NCBI GenBank assembly: GCA_965235115.1
Contig: OZ249436.1
Location: 46,936,001 to 47,000,000 of the forward strand
Length of the DNA: 64,000 bases
Direction of reading: 5' to 3'
Source of the DNA: Laetmonice hystrix
Lineage: Eukaryota
Position numbers and translations under genes: made by a program. How positions within the stretch are numbered: position 1 is the first letter of the stretch; each line of letters starts with the position of its first letter. This document shows positions 35,595 through 49,649 of this stretch, piece after piece. The notes beneath the pieces were generated by a model. That model did not search any database. It was not told where the DNA came from and was given only the letters and a program-made list of their open reading frames with translations.

Positions 35595-38391
35595 GAAATT
35601 TAAAAGGATCTCGATATTATGCCGCTTCTCGACTTGTCTCCGAACGCACCCTGTAAACCGAGCCAGGTATTTCAAGGGATCGTCCTGTGGTCTAAACCTC
35701 AGCTGGGTCATACTCACATTTTTATGGACAGTTCACAGACAACTCATACATCAAGTTTCACTTACTCCGACAAGCACATAAATTATGACCTAAATATGTT
35801 CACAGGCCTGCATGGTAGAAATATGAAAGAGGAGTGTGGTGGGGGAGGGTGACAGGGGTTGAGGTCACGGAAATGCTGCTCTGGGGCCAGTGCTGGCGTT
35901 CCAACCACCTGCTCAAGACCATCCACGTGTGTCCTCTGCAGGCATGGGACCAACACACCTGCAGCACCTGCAGGAGACTAGTCCCAGTAACTCGCCCCAG
36001 TAATACCAATCTCTGTCGTAGGACCCCTTTATTCTGGAACCCCCGGGCTTGGTGTCGGGGGGGGGGGGGGTCGTACTTTGCAGGATGCAGGTGTAGGCAA
36101 GGAATCCAAGCCTTGCGGATACGTTTCGCCCTAAAAATTCTAAAAACCACATTGAACTTTTGAAATTTTTGAACGTTTTTAAACAAGGTCAGTATCTCGA
36201 TACGGCAGGAGATATACACATATGTCACGATGTCCGTCTATTTTCCTAATCCATCGCTTTCCTTCTTTTTTGCTCCCTTTCGCTCCTGCTTTTCATCCGA
36301 CTTTGTTGATAGAAACTCCTCCCGCCTCTACAAGCCGCCTTAGGTATACTGAACTCTAGTCACAGACAGACCGGCTAATTGGGTTAATTAGCGGTGATGC
36401 AATAACGCGATACAAACAGTGATACTTTCATTGTCATGCGATTACCTCTATATGCTTATGAGTGTCCGTCTCAATTTTCTGCCTGTTTCTCAGGCATTTT
36501 CTCCATTAATTGTTAATTACAGTCATTCAAACGTAATCTCCTGATGTCCTAGGTATTGGTATAGACTATCATCTATACCAATGACATTAAATCTAGGAGA
36601 ATGTTGACAAGGCGGGCCTGAAATGGCCTGATGGTGAATCAGTCTACCGGAAGTACCTGGTCGTTGACAACTAGACCGGAACCTTCCACTCTGTATGCTG
36701 TAGACAAAGATCTGTACCTGACTCAGACCACCACCCTACCACAGTCACAGCCCCGCTCTGGGGGCCACAAACACCAGTCTATATACATATTATATATTCA
36801 GACCTATTTTTTCCTTAAATAAAACGTACGAGTCACGACTACGCGTCAGTCGGTGCATGGCAAGCGTTTTGCCGACGTTGAAGCAGGGGTGGTTTTGGCG
36901 GGGTTTGGGCCTAGTGACGTGCTGTACAAGGCAGTGCTATCTATTTGTAATCAGTTTGTTTGCCAGAAACGTGTCGTGTGCATATGAATCATGAACATTA
37001 TATAGACCTCCATGACCAAGGGGTTCAAGGTACTTCATGTGCCTATTGTTATCTGCCCCTTTCATAGCTTTTCATTGCAGGTACTTTGGTGTCACACTTG
37101 TAACTTTAGCTCGTTTAGTATTATACAACTACAGACCACCATGAGGAAGATCTCATTCATCTCCGGCAGCTCTTGGGGATGTTGGAGATATATAGAGATA
37201 TGAAGATATATATAGCGAGATTACCGCTAACTCATATGGAATCATTCTCATTACATTTCACAAGTCGGAGGCTGGCTTGTGTGTCCAAACTCTAAGTATA
37301 CTCTGCGTGATAATGAGGAGTTTTTAGTGCTTCGCCCCCCATAGATAGTGCAAGGTGTCCTCTTAAATCATTCAACGAGTATCTCTCTGGTTCATCGCCC
37401 GATGAATTTCATTGGCTGTTTAAGTCAATGCCAGGTCAACCATTTTGTCAACAACCATCCATAAGCCGATCGCTTCATAGCGACAACAGGCAGCTGGGAT
37501 GTTAAATTTCATTAGATATCTCCATTTCTGTGGGTATACATGTATTGATTTATGTAGACTAAAGCTTTATCAAACCTGACAGCCCATGGCGGCACCTGGG
37601 AGTCATTGAAACGAAAATACTCGTTGATTGCTTTAAGAATTCCTGACAGGTAGCCCTGGAATGTCTGTAGCAGTGTGCCAATTTTTGTGTGTATGTGTAT
37701 TGGAAGTGAATATGCCTTGATGTCGCCTAAATTATTCACTAATGGATACACAGTCATTAATACATTAAATGTCCATCTTCCTATTTCCGCTAGTACTACA
37801 CCATTATAGCTAATGTCGACCTCAGACCTAAATAACCTGACATATAGGCCTAGCGTTTAATGTCTAAATGCCTGTATAAAGTTACAGCTGGAAAGGACAT
37901 TCACTGAGTATGCTATTACTGGAGGGTTCACACCTACCTCCCACCCCACCCCCACCTCCACCCACCCACCCAACCCCGCCCCAATCCGCAGCAAGCATAC
38001 GAACTGCTACGTATAACATTATCCATCACCTAACTTTGTATTCCGATGTTTTCTCTGTCAGACGGTATAGGGTGGACATAAGAAGGGTGTTAGGTTTCCG
38101 AAGATGACTTAGAAGCTAAGTCATGATGTGAGAGGAGACTCGTGTACATAATGTCCCCGACTTATGAGGTCATTCGCCTTGAACTCTGGGGGTTCGACAG
38201 CAATGAAGGGGGGCATTGTGGTCTGTCAAGGAAGGGAAGAATATTCTGAAATTTAAGAAAGAGAATAACACTTTTAAAGAAAGACTAATTCAGGAGAACA
38301 CGCCCTTCAAACAAAAATCATTTTATCGAAGTGAACAAGAAGTCTCGAACTGACGAGTTTTTATTCGTGCCAATCAGTCTAATGGGCAATA

Positions 38392-38650
38392 TGGTCTGTC
38401 ACAGAACAACATACGGCTTTCATTCATACCAACCAACTGAATGGGTTATAGGGTCTGTCACAACACAGCAGACCGGCTTTCAATCATACCAACCAACTCA
38501 ATGGGTTATGGGGTCTGTCACAACACAACAGGCCGGCTTTCATTCATACCAACCAACTCAATGGGTTATAGGGTCTGTCACAACACAACAGGCCGGCTTT
38601 CATTCATACCAACCAACTCAATGAACCATAGCGTCTGTCACAGCACAACA
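38392..38650. repeat. 60-bp tandem repeat, ~4 copies
   Basis: GGTCTGTCACAACACAACAGGCCGGCTTTCATTCATACCAACCAACTCAATGGGTTATAG at 60-bp spacing. Confidence 0.92.
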
Positions 38651-38860
38651 GACCGTGACTTCACCATGACTTGCAGTGAGAAGTCTTACCTCACTAATTT
38701 GTACATGATATTTATACCCCTCGTGGAGACATGTACCAGTCGCCCAATACCAATACAGGATGATCTTAGAGCATGGGATGGGCCGACCCTTACGGACCGT
38801 ATAGTTTTTTTCTTCGGTATAGGCCTACTTACGGAATACATTCAGAGTCATTTTTGACTT

Positions 38861-39577
38861 TTATTCAGTACTTACATTCAATGTTAACCAGTATTCAATG
38901 TTAACCATGTTATTCAGTACTTACATTCAATGTTAACCAGTATTCAATGTTAACCATGTTATTCAGTACTTACATTCAATGTTAACCAGTATTCAATGTT
39001 AACCATGTTATTCAGTACTTACATTCAATGTTAACCAGTATTCAATGTTAACCATGTTATTCAGTACTTACATTCAATGTTAATCAGTATTCAATGTTAA
39101 CCATGTTATTCAGTACTTACATTCAATGTTAACCAGTATTCAATGTTAACCATGTTATTCAGTACTTACATCCAATGTTAACCAGTATTCAATGTTAACC
39201 ATGTTATTCAGTACTTACATTCAATGTTAACCAGTATTCAATGTTAACCATGTTAATCAGTACTTACATTTAATGTTAACCAGTAGTCAATGTTAACCAT
39301 GTTATTCAGTACTTACATTCAATGTTAACCAGTAGTCAATGTTAACCATGTTATTCAGTACTTACATTCAATGTTAACCAGTATCAATGTTAACCATGTT
39401 ATTCAGTACTTACATCCAATGTTAACCAGTATTCAATGTTAACCATGTTATTCAGTACTTACATTCAATGTTAACCAGTATCCAATGTTAACCATGTTAT
39501 TCAGTACTTACATTCAATGTTAACCAGTATTCAATGTTAACCATGTTATTCAGTACTTACATTTAATGTTAACCAGT
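38861..39577. repeat. 49-bp AT-rich minisatellite, ~14-15 copies
   Basis: Unit TTATTCAGTACTTACATTCAATGTTAACCAGTATTCAATGTTAACCATG, with ATTCAATGTTAACCA duplicated inside it. Confidence 0.97.
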
Positions 39578-39654
39578 GTACAGTTTTTATTTTTCATGAT
39601 GAGACTCAAGTCACTCAGTATTTTGTAGGGTAGCCACGTGACTATTGCGGCCAC

Positions 39655-39890
39655 CCTCCTGTGCATTGTCCTGAGGAGATGTCGATCTTCTCTCACTGTG
39701 GGGTTCTCGGCCGAATACTTCTGTAAAACTTTCTCTTGTCTGTAGTTTCTTGGTACCTCTCCAGTACCCGGTAAACTGTTTGGCGGCCGTAGTGAAACCG
39801 TCCGGCAATATTTTGGACCGAAACATCTTCCTCTCCGAGGCCGACGATTTCTTCCCGTTCAGCATTTGTCAGATCTCGTATTTTTGGCAT
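39655..39890 (-). pseudogene. Tc1/mariner transposase N-terminal (paired-like HTH) fragment, frameshifted
   Basis: MPKIRDLTNAEREEIVGL...SVQNIA....GRQTVYRVLERYQET...RSIRPR, then in another frame VREDRHLLRTMHRR. This matches the Tc1 HTH-GRPR-REDR pattern; no DDE domain seen. Confidence 0.75.
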
Positions 39891-41218
39891 GGTGACACCA
39901 AAGCAAACATCCTTCTGCACTGTGACTAAGCTTTCCACAGTTACTACCTTTATGCAACAAACCTCGACATCTAATATGTAATATGTACACCCAGGACACG
40001 GTAGAATGGGCGCCTCCAGTATTAATGAGAACTTCTAAAAACGGCGTGTTGTAATTATAAGCGCTGCAGTCTATAATAGCGTGCCATTTGGGCAAGAAAC
40101 GAGAAGTAACCACAGGAAAAAAACATTCCCCCTTTGGGATCACTTCCCTGGGGGGCTCGTACCCACTGATTAAGAACCCCTGATATACAATATGAATATG
40201 ATAATGCCTCTTTAATGTCATTTTCGTTTGATCTTTGAAATCCTGAACGCCGCCATCAGTACAGCCACTGGTGCGTGCGCATGCGCGGGAGGAATTTGGA
40301 GCGCTCGATTCCCTGCCCATCTATTGTCACTGATCTACGGTAGACCCGGATCGCATTGTGGCAAACACCCTAAATTATCCTCAGGTTCAGGACACGTTGT
40401 GGCCGGGAAAGGGGGTGGGGGTTTTCATGTAAGGCAGACTGTGGATGTTGATGTTGGCGGGGTGATGAGGGGACGCCGGGGGTGAGAAGAATACTATACC
40501 CCTTTCAATCAGTCGACGCAACAACCGTAGCCACCTCAGAACCACACGGAAGATGACTGACTGCTTGGACAACTTGGCAGGTGATCGAATAACAAAGGTT
40601 TGACCTATTGTAGGTGATGGGTCCATTCCCTGGATACATACCTCAAACCTGGTTATTTCATGTCACCCTGGTATTTCAGGGACGAGTCGTCTACTATTCT
40701 ATAAGAACTTTTGGATTGTTGTCTACATAAACAGTGACAGAGGCCAGTCGAGACATTCTTTTGTCCCTCTCAGTCAAACATTACAAAGGAAAAGGAGAGA
40801 GGCTTTGGTGCTGTTAGACACACACCAGAATGATGTCCTCAAAACACGTTCTAGATACTTCTTATATCGTTAAAGTCTGAGCATGATGAATGGTCCCATC
40901 GTACTTTTACTTATAAATACTGGCCTGGTAGCAATTTTCAATAGCTAGATACAAGTGATTGCAGTAGAATTACCATAATGTGCACCAACTTTAGGCAGAT
41001 GTTACTGTTCTGTTGTTGGAAAATTACCAATCATTACCATTACCGCGACGAAGAAAATTCACCACCCGTAAAGATCAATCTTGGCTCCATTCCACCTAAG
41101 CTTCCTAAAAAAATATCGACTACGAACATTGATGTTTTGGTCCGACCTAATGAATGTTGCCTTCAGGAACATATTTTCATCATTCTAAACATCTCGAGCT
41201 GTCATGGTTGACGGGTGG

Positions 41219-44200
41219 GAGGGGACGTGGACCATGACATGGAGTGGTACTGCAGGTATTGGAGGCTGTCGTGGTGGGCAGACGGAGGGTACGTGGACCA
41301 TGACATGGAGTGGTACTGCAGGTATTGGAGGCTGTCGTGGTGGGCAGACGGAGGGGACGTGGACCATGACAAGGAGTGGTACTGCAGGTATTGGAGGCTG
41401 TCGTGGTGGGCAGACGGAAGGGACGTGGACCATGACAAGGAGTGGTACTGCAGGTATTGGAGGCTGTCGTGGTGGGCAGACGGAGGGGACGTGGACCATG
41501 ACAAGGAGTGGTACTGCAGGTATTGGAGGCTGTCGTGGTGGGCAGACGGAGGGGACGTGGACCATGACAAGGAGTGGTACTGCAGGTATTGGAGGCTGTC
41601 GTGGTGGGCAGACGGAGGGGACGTGGACCATGACAAGGAGTGGTACTGTAGGTATTGGAGGCTGTCGTGGTGGGCAGATGGAGGGGACGTGGACCATGAC
41701 ATGGAGTGGTACTGCAGGTAGTGGGGAGGACGTGGACCATGACAAGGAGTGGTACTGCAGGTATTGGAGGCTGTCGTGGTGGGCAGACGGAGGGGACGTG
41801 GACCATGACATGGAGTGGTACTGCAGGTATTGGAGGCTGTCGTGGTGGGCAGACGGAGGGGACGTGGACCATGACAAGGAGTGGTACTGCAGGTATTGGA
41901 GGCTGTCGTGGTGGGCAGACGGAGGGGACGTGGACCATGACATGGAGTGGTACTGCAGGTATTGGAGGCTGTCGTGGTGGGCAGACGGAGGGGACGTGGA
42001 CCATGACAAGGAGTGGTACTGCAGGTATTGGAGGCTGTCGTGGTGGGCAGACGGAGGGGACGTGGACCATGACAAGGAGTGGTACTGCAGGTATTGGGGA
42101 GGACGTGGACCATGACAAGGAGTGGTACTGCAGGTATTGGAGGCTGTCGTGGTGGGCAGACGGAGGGGACGTGGACCGTGACAAGGAGTGGTACTGCAGG
42201 TAGTGGAGGCTGTCGTGGTGAGCAGACGGAGGGGACGTGGACCGTGACAAGGAGTGGTACTGCAGGTATTGGGGAGGACGTGGACCATGACAAGGAGTGG
42301 TACTGCAGGTATTGGGGAGGACGTGGACCATGACAAGGAGTGGTACTGCAGGTATTGGGGAGGACGTGGACCATGACAAGGAGTGGTACTGCAGGTATTG
42401 GGGAGGACGTGGACCATGACATGGAGTGGTACTGCAGGTATTGGAGGCTGTCGTGGTGGGCAGACGGAGGGGACGTGGACCATGACCAGGAGTGGTACTG
42501 CAGGTATTGGTGGCTGTCGTGGTGGGCAGACGGAGGGGACGTGGATCATGACATGGAGTGGTACTGCAGGTATTGGAGGCTGTCGTGGTGGGCAGACGGA
42601 GGGGACGTGGACCATGACAAGGAGTGGTACTGCAGGTATTGGAGGCTGTCGTGGTGGGCAGACGGAGGGGACGTGGACCATGACAAGGAGTGGTACTGCA
42701 GGTATTGGGGAGGACGTGGACCATGACAAGGAGTGGTACTGCAGGTATTGGAGGCTGTCGTGGTGGGCAGACGGAGGGGACGTGGACCGTGACAAGGAGT
42801 GGTACTGCAGGTATTGGGGAGGACGTCCAGACCATGATAAGGAGTGGTACTGCAGGTATTGGAGGCTGTCGTGGTGGGCAGACGGAGGGGACGTGGACCA
42901 TGACATGGAGTGGTACTGCAGGTATTGGAGGCTGTCGTGGTGGGCAGACGGAGGGGACGTGGACCATGACAAGGAGTGGTACTGCAGGTATTGGGGAGGA
43001 CGTGGACCATGACAAGGAGTGGTACTGCAGGTATTGGAGGCTGTCGTGGTGGGCAGACGGAGGGGACGTGGACCATGACCAGGAGTGGTACTGCAGGTAT
43101 TGGGGAGGACGTGGACCATGACAAGGAGTGGTACTGCAGGTATTGGAGGCTGTCGTGGTGGGCAGACGGGGGGGACGTGGACCATGACATGGAGTGGTAC
43201 TGCAGGTATTGGTGGCTGTCGTGGTGGGCAGACGGAGGGGACGTGGACCATGACAAGGAGTGGTACTGCAGGTATTGGAGGCTGTCGTGGTGGGCAGACG
43301 GAGGGGACGTGGACCATGACATGGAGTGGTACTGCAGGTATTGGTGGCTGTCGTGGTGGGCAGACGGAGGGGACGTGGACCATGACAAGGAGTGGTACTG
43401 CAGGTATTGGAGGCTGTCGTGGTGGGCAGACGGGGGGGACGTGGACCATGACAAGGAGTGGTACTGCAGGTATTGGGGAGGACGTGGACCATGACAAGGA
43501 GTGGTACTGCAGGTAGTGGAGGCTGTCGTGGTGGGCAGACGGGGGGACGTGGTCCATGACAAGGAGTGGTACTGCAGGTATTGGGGAGGACGTGGTGGGC
43601 AGACGGAGGGGACGTGGACCATGACATGGAGTGGTACTGCAGGTATTGGAGGCTGTCGTGGTGGGCAGACGGAGGGGACGTGGACCATGACCAGGAGTGG
43701 TACTGCAGGTATTGGTGGCTGTCGTGGTGGGCAGACGGAGGGGACGTGGACCATGACAAGGAGTGGTACTGCAGGTATTGGAGGCTGTCGTGGTGGGCAG
43801 ACGGAGGGGACGTGGACCATGACAAGGAGTGGTACTGTAGGTATTGGAGGCTGTCGTGGTGGGCAGACGGAGGGGACGTGGACCATGACAAGGAGTGGTA
43901 CTGTAGGTATTGGAGGCTGTCGTGGTGGGCAGAGGGAGGGGACGTGGACCATGACAAGGAGTGGTACTGCAGGTATTGGAGGCTGTCGTGGTGGGCAGAC
44001 GGAGGGGACGTGGACCATGACCAGGAGTGGTACTGCAGGTATTGGTGGCTGTCGTGGTGGGCAGACGGAGGGGACGTGGATCATGACATGGAGTGGTACT
44101 GCAGGTATTGGAGGCTGTCGTGGTGGGCAGACGGAGGGGACGTGGACCATGACATGGAGTGGTACTGCAGGTATTGGTGGCTGTCGTGGTGGGCAGACGG

Positions 44201-47200
44201 AGGGGACGTGGATCATGACATGGAGTGGTACTGCAGGTATTGGAGGCTGTCGTGGTGGGCAGACGGAGGGGACGTGGACCATGACAAGGAGTGGTACTGC
44301 AGGTATTGGAGGCTGTCGTGGTGGGCAGACGGAGGGGACGTGGACCGTGACAAGGAGTGGTACTGCAGGTATTGGGGAGGACGTCCAGACCATGATAAGG
44401 AGTGGTACTGCAGGTATTGGAGGCTGTCGTGGTGGGCAGACGGAGGGGACGTGGACCATGACATGGAGTGGTACTGCAGGTATTGGAGGCTGTCGTGGTG
44501 GGCAGACGGAGGGGACGTGGACCATGACATGGAGTGGTACTGCAGGTATTGAGGCTGTCGTGGTGGGCAGACGGAGGGGACGTGGACCATGACAAGGAGT
44601 GGTACTGCAGGTATTGGAGGCTGTCGTGGTGGGCAGACGGAGGGGACGTGGACCATGACAAGGAGTGGTACTGCAGGTATTGGAGGCTGTCGTGGTGGGC
44701 AGACGGAGGGGACGTGGACCATGACATGGAGTGGTACTGCAGGTATTGGAGGCTGTCGTGGTGGGCAGACGGAGGGGACGTGGACCATGACAAGGAGTGG
44801 TACTGCAGGTATTGGGGAGGACGTGGACCATGACAAGGAGTGGTACTGCAGGTATTGGGGAGGACGTGGACCATGACAAGGAGTGGTACTGCAGGTAGTG
44901 GAGGCTGTCGTGGTGGGCAGACGGAGGGGACGTGGACCATGACATGGAGTGATACTGCAGGTATTGGGGAGGACGTGGACCATGACAAGGAGTGGTACTG
45001 CAGGTATTGGGGAGGACGTGGACCATGACAAGGAGTGGTACTGCAGGCATTGGAGGCTGTCGTGGTGGGCAGACGGAGGGGACGTGGACCATGACATGGA
45101 GTGGTACTGCAGGTATTGGGGAGGACGTGGACCATGACAAGGAGTGGTACTGCAGGTATTGGGGAGGACGTGGACCATAACAAGGAGTGGTACTGCAGGT
45201 ATTGAGGCTGTCGTGGTGGGCAGACGGAGGGGACGTGGACCATGACATGGAGTGGTACTGCAGGTATTGGAGGCTGTCGTGGTGGGCAGACGGAGGAGAC
45301 GTGGACCATGACAAGGAGTGGTACTGCAGGTATTGGGAAGGACGTGGACCATGACAAGGAGTGGTACTGCAGGTATTGGAGGCTGTCGTGGTGGGCAGAC
45401 GGAGGGGACGTGGACCATGACATGGAGTGGTACTGCAGGTATTGGAGGCTGTCGTGGTGGGCAGACGGAGGGGACGTGGACCATGACAAGGAGTGGTACT
45501 GCAGGTATTGGGGAGGACGTGGACCATGACAAGGAGTGGTACTGCAGGTATTGGGGAGGACGTGGACCATGACAAGGAGTGGTACTGCAGGTATTGAGGC
45601 TGTCGTGGTGGGCAGACGGAGGGGACGTGGACCATGACATGGAGTGGTACTGCAGGTATTGGGGAGGACGTGGACCATGACATGGAGTGGTACTGCAGGT
45701 ATTGGAGGCTGTCGTGGTGGGCAGACGGAGGGGACGTGGACCATGACAAGGAGTGGTACTGCAGGTATTGGAGGCTGTCGTGGTGGGCAGACGGAGGGGA
45801 CGTGGACCGTGACAAGGAGTGGTACTGCAGGTATTGGGGAGGACGTCCAGACCATGATAAGGAGTGGTACTGCAGGTATTGGAGGCTGTCGTGGTGGGCA
45901 GACGGAGGGGACGTGGACCATGACATGGAGTGGTACTGCAGGTATTGGAGGCTGTCGTGGTGGGCAGACGGAGGGGACGTGGACCATGACATGGAGTGGT
46001 ACTGCAGGTATTGAGGCTGTCGTGGTGGGCAGACGGAGGGGACGTGGACCATGACAAGGAGTGGTACTGCAGGTATTGGAGGCTGTCGTGGTGGGCAGAC
46101 GGAGGGGACGTGGACCATGACAAGGAGTGGTACTGCAGGTATTGGAGGCTGTCGTGGTGGGCAGACGGAGGGGACGTGGACCATGACATGGAGTGGTACT
46201 GCAGGTATTGGAGGCTGTCGTGGTGGGCAGACGGAGGGGACGTGGACCATGACAAGGAGTGGTACTGCAGGTATTGGGGAGGACGTGGACCATGACAAGG
46301 AGTGGTACTGCAGGTATTGGGGAGGACGTGGACCATGACAAGGAGTGGTACTGCAGGTAGTGGAGGCTGTCGTGGTGGGCAGACGGAGGGGACGTGGACC
46401 ATGACATGGAGTGATACTGCAGGTATTGGGGAGGACGTGGACCATGACAAGGAGTGGTACTGCAGGTATTGGGGAGGACGTGGACCATGACAAGGAGTGG
46501 TACTGCAGGTATTGGAGGCTGTCGTGGTGGGCAGACGGAGGGGACGTGGACCATGACATGGAGTGGTACTGCAGGTATTGGGGAGGACGTGGACCATGAC
46601 AAGGAGTGGTACTGCAGGTATTGGGGAGGACGTGGACCATGACAAGGAGTGGTACTGCAGGTATTGAGGCTGTCGTGGTGGGCAGACGGAGGGGACGTGG
46701 ACCATGACATGGAGTGGTACTGCAGGTATTGGAGGCTGTCGTGGTGGGCAGACGGAGGAGACGTGGACCATGACAAGGAGTGGTACTGCAGGTATTGGGG
46801 AGGACGTGGACCATGACAAGGAGTGGTACTGCAGGTATTGGAGGCTGTCGTGGTGGGCAGACGGAGGGGACGTGGACCATGACATGGAGTGGTACTGCAG
46901 GTATTGGAGGCTGTCGTGGTGGGCAGACGGAGGGGACGTGGACCATGACAAGGAGTGGTACTGCAGGTATTGGGGAGGACGTGGACCATGACAAGGAGTG
47001 GTACTGCAGGTATTGGGGAGGACGTGGACCATGACAAGGAGTGGTACTGCAGGTATTGAGGCTGTCGTGGTGGGCAGACGGAGGGGACGTGGACCATGAC
47101 ATGGAGTGGTACTGCAGGTATTGGGGAGGACGTGGACCATGACATGGAGTGGTACTGCAGGTATTGGAGGCTGTCGTGGTGGGCAGACGGAGGGGACGTG

Positions 47201-48739
47201 GACCATGACAAGGAGTGGTACTGCAGGTATTGGGGAGGACGTGGACCATGACAAGGAGTGGTACTGCAGGTATTGGGGAGGACGTGGACCATGACAAGGA
47301 GTGGTACTGCAGGTAGTGGAGGCTGTCGTGGTGGGCAGACGGAGGGGACGTGGACCATGACATGGAGTGATACTGCAGGTATTGGGGAGGACGTGGACCA
47401 TGACAAGGAGTGGTACTGCAGGTATTGGGGAGGACGTGGACCATGACAAGGAGTGGTACTGCAGGTATTGGAGGCTGTCGTGGTGGGCAGACGGAGGGGA
47501 CGTGGACCATGACATGGAGTGGTACTGCAGGTATTGGGGAGGACGTGGACCATGACAAGGAGTGGTACTGCAGGTATTGGGGAGGACGTGGACCATGACA
47601 AGGAGTGGTACTGCAGGTATTGAGGCTGTCGTGGTGGGCAGACGGAGGGGACGTGGACCATGACATGGAGTGGTACTGCAGGTATTGGAGGCTGTCGTGG
47701 TGGGCAGACGGAGGAGTCGTGGACCATGACAAGGAGTGGTACTGCAGGTATTGGGGAGGACGTGGACCAGGACAAGGAGTGGTACTGCAGGTATTGGAGG
47801 CTGTCGTGGTGGGCAGACGGAGGGGACGTGGACCATGACATGGAGTGGTACTGCAGGTATTGGAGGCTGTCGTGGTGGGCAGACGGAGGGGACGTGGACC
47901 ATGACAAGGAGTGGTACTGCAGGTATTGGGGAGGACGTGGACCATGACAAGGAGTGGTACTGCAGGTATTGGGGAGGACGTGGACCATGACAAGGAGTGG
48001 TACTGCAGGTATTGAGGCTGTCGTGGTGGGCAGACGGAGGGGACGTGGACCATGACATGGAGTGGTACTGCAGGTATTGGGGAGGACGTGGACCATGACA
48101 TGGAGTGGTACTGCAGGTATTGGAGGCTGTCGTGGTGGGCAGACGGAGGGGACGTGGACCGTGACAAGGAGTGGTACTGCAGGTATTGGAGGCTGTCGTG
48201 GTGGGCAGACGGAGGGGACGTGGACCATGACAAGGAGTGGTACTGCAGGTATTGGAGGCTGTCGTGGTGGGCAGACGGAGGGGACGTGGACCATGACAAG
48301 GAGTGGTACTGCAGGTATTGGAGGCTGTCGTGGTGGGCAGACGGGGGGGACGTGGACCATGACAAGGAGTGGTACTGCAGGTATTGGGGAGGACGTGGAC
48401 CATGACAAGGAGTGGTACTGCAGGTATTGGGGAGGACGTGGACCATGACAAGGAGTGGTACTGCAGGTATTGAGGCTGTCGTGGTGGGCAGACGGAGGGG
48501 ACGTGGACCATGACATGGAGTGGTACTGCAGGTATTGGAGGCTGTCGTGGTGGGCAGACGGAGGAGACGTGGACCATGACAAGGAGTGGTACTGCAGGTA
48601 TTGGGGAGGACGTGGACCATGACAAGGAGTGGTACTGCAGGTATTGGGGAGGACGTGGACCATGACAAGGAGTGGTACTGCAGGTATTGGGGAGGACGTG
48701 GACCATGACAAGGAGTGGTAGTGGAGGCTGTCGTGGTTG
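41219..48739. repeat. 7.5-kb composite satellite of 66-bp and 43-bp units with higher-order duplications
   Basis: Shared core GGACGTGGACCATGACA(A/T)GGAGTGGTACTGCAGGTATTGG, with or without AGGCTGTCGTGGTGGGCAGACGG. Diagnostic variants recur at 1462-bp and 956-bp offsets. Confidence 0.98.
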
Positions 48740-49649
48740 GCCTAGTATCAATGACAGATTGATTGTGATGGTGACACGCGCAATTTGAGGGACATTGTGA
48801 TTGTAGCTGTCAAAGCTGAGAGAGATTATCACATGGACCATATCACAGGGGCCATGCAATAAGGGCCATACAACAGGGGTCATATGACAGGGTTATATGG
48901 CAGGGAGCATAATTTTGACAGGGCCATACGACAGGGGTCATACGATAGGTGCCATGTGACAGAGGCCATGTGGCAGGGGCCATACACTGGCCGGAAAGTA
49001 CAAACCTCTCACGTTGGCAGATTTGTCAGCTAGAGGGCACATTTCGCCCCAACGTTTCACATGATGTAGTAAGTGTAAGCTGTACTGGTTGAGATGTAAC
49101 TGATATGTATCTACCTCTGATGTTGTAACCACTTACCACCAAAGAATCCTCCTGAGTTCACCGACACGAACAGTGCACCGTTTCAGGAGTAGATTGCACG
49201 TCGTACCTGGTATACCCTCGGTCCCATGATGGAGGATACTTGAAGTCGGTCCTTTGAACACGGTCCTTTGAAGACGTTGAACACACCACTTCCCGAGGTT
49301 TACATTTACATCTCTTTTAAACACACCTGCTGTACTAGTGAACCCGCCGTATATATGTTAAATGTTTCAATCACTATAAAATATTTATTTTACATCAAAC
49401 ACCATGATTCAAGTACACGCACCTGCTGGTATATAAATGCATACATAGTATATGTATCAATATTATAGCCTACTGGTGACTGCACGTTAGGAAATGCGAC
49501 TTGTGGGACATACAGTTTGCCAGAATCGAAGTTTATTTATTTATTTCTACAATAAACCGACTCAGACGGGGATTTCTTTTTACCAGTGGTGACAGGATAT
49601 CCTGGAATATGCACCCTTCTGCATTTTTCCTTTTTGTTCAGTATGGTAA

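Noticed and set aside
41180..48883. Giant ORFs (up to 2508 aa) and many plus-strand ORFs as real protein genes
   Set aside because: They coincide with a satellite. All three frames are open and swap peptide content at 43-bp units, with no domain and no frame preference.
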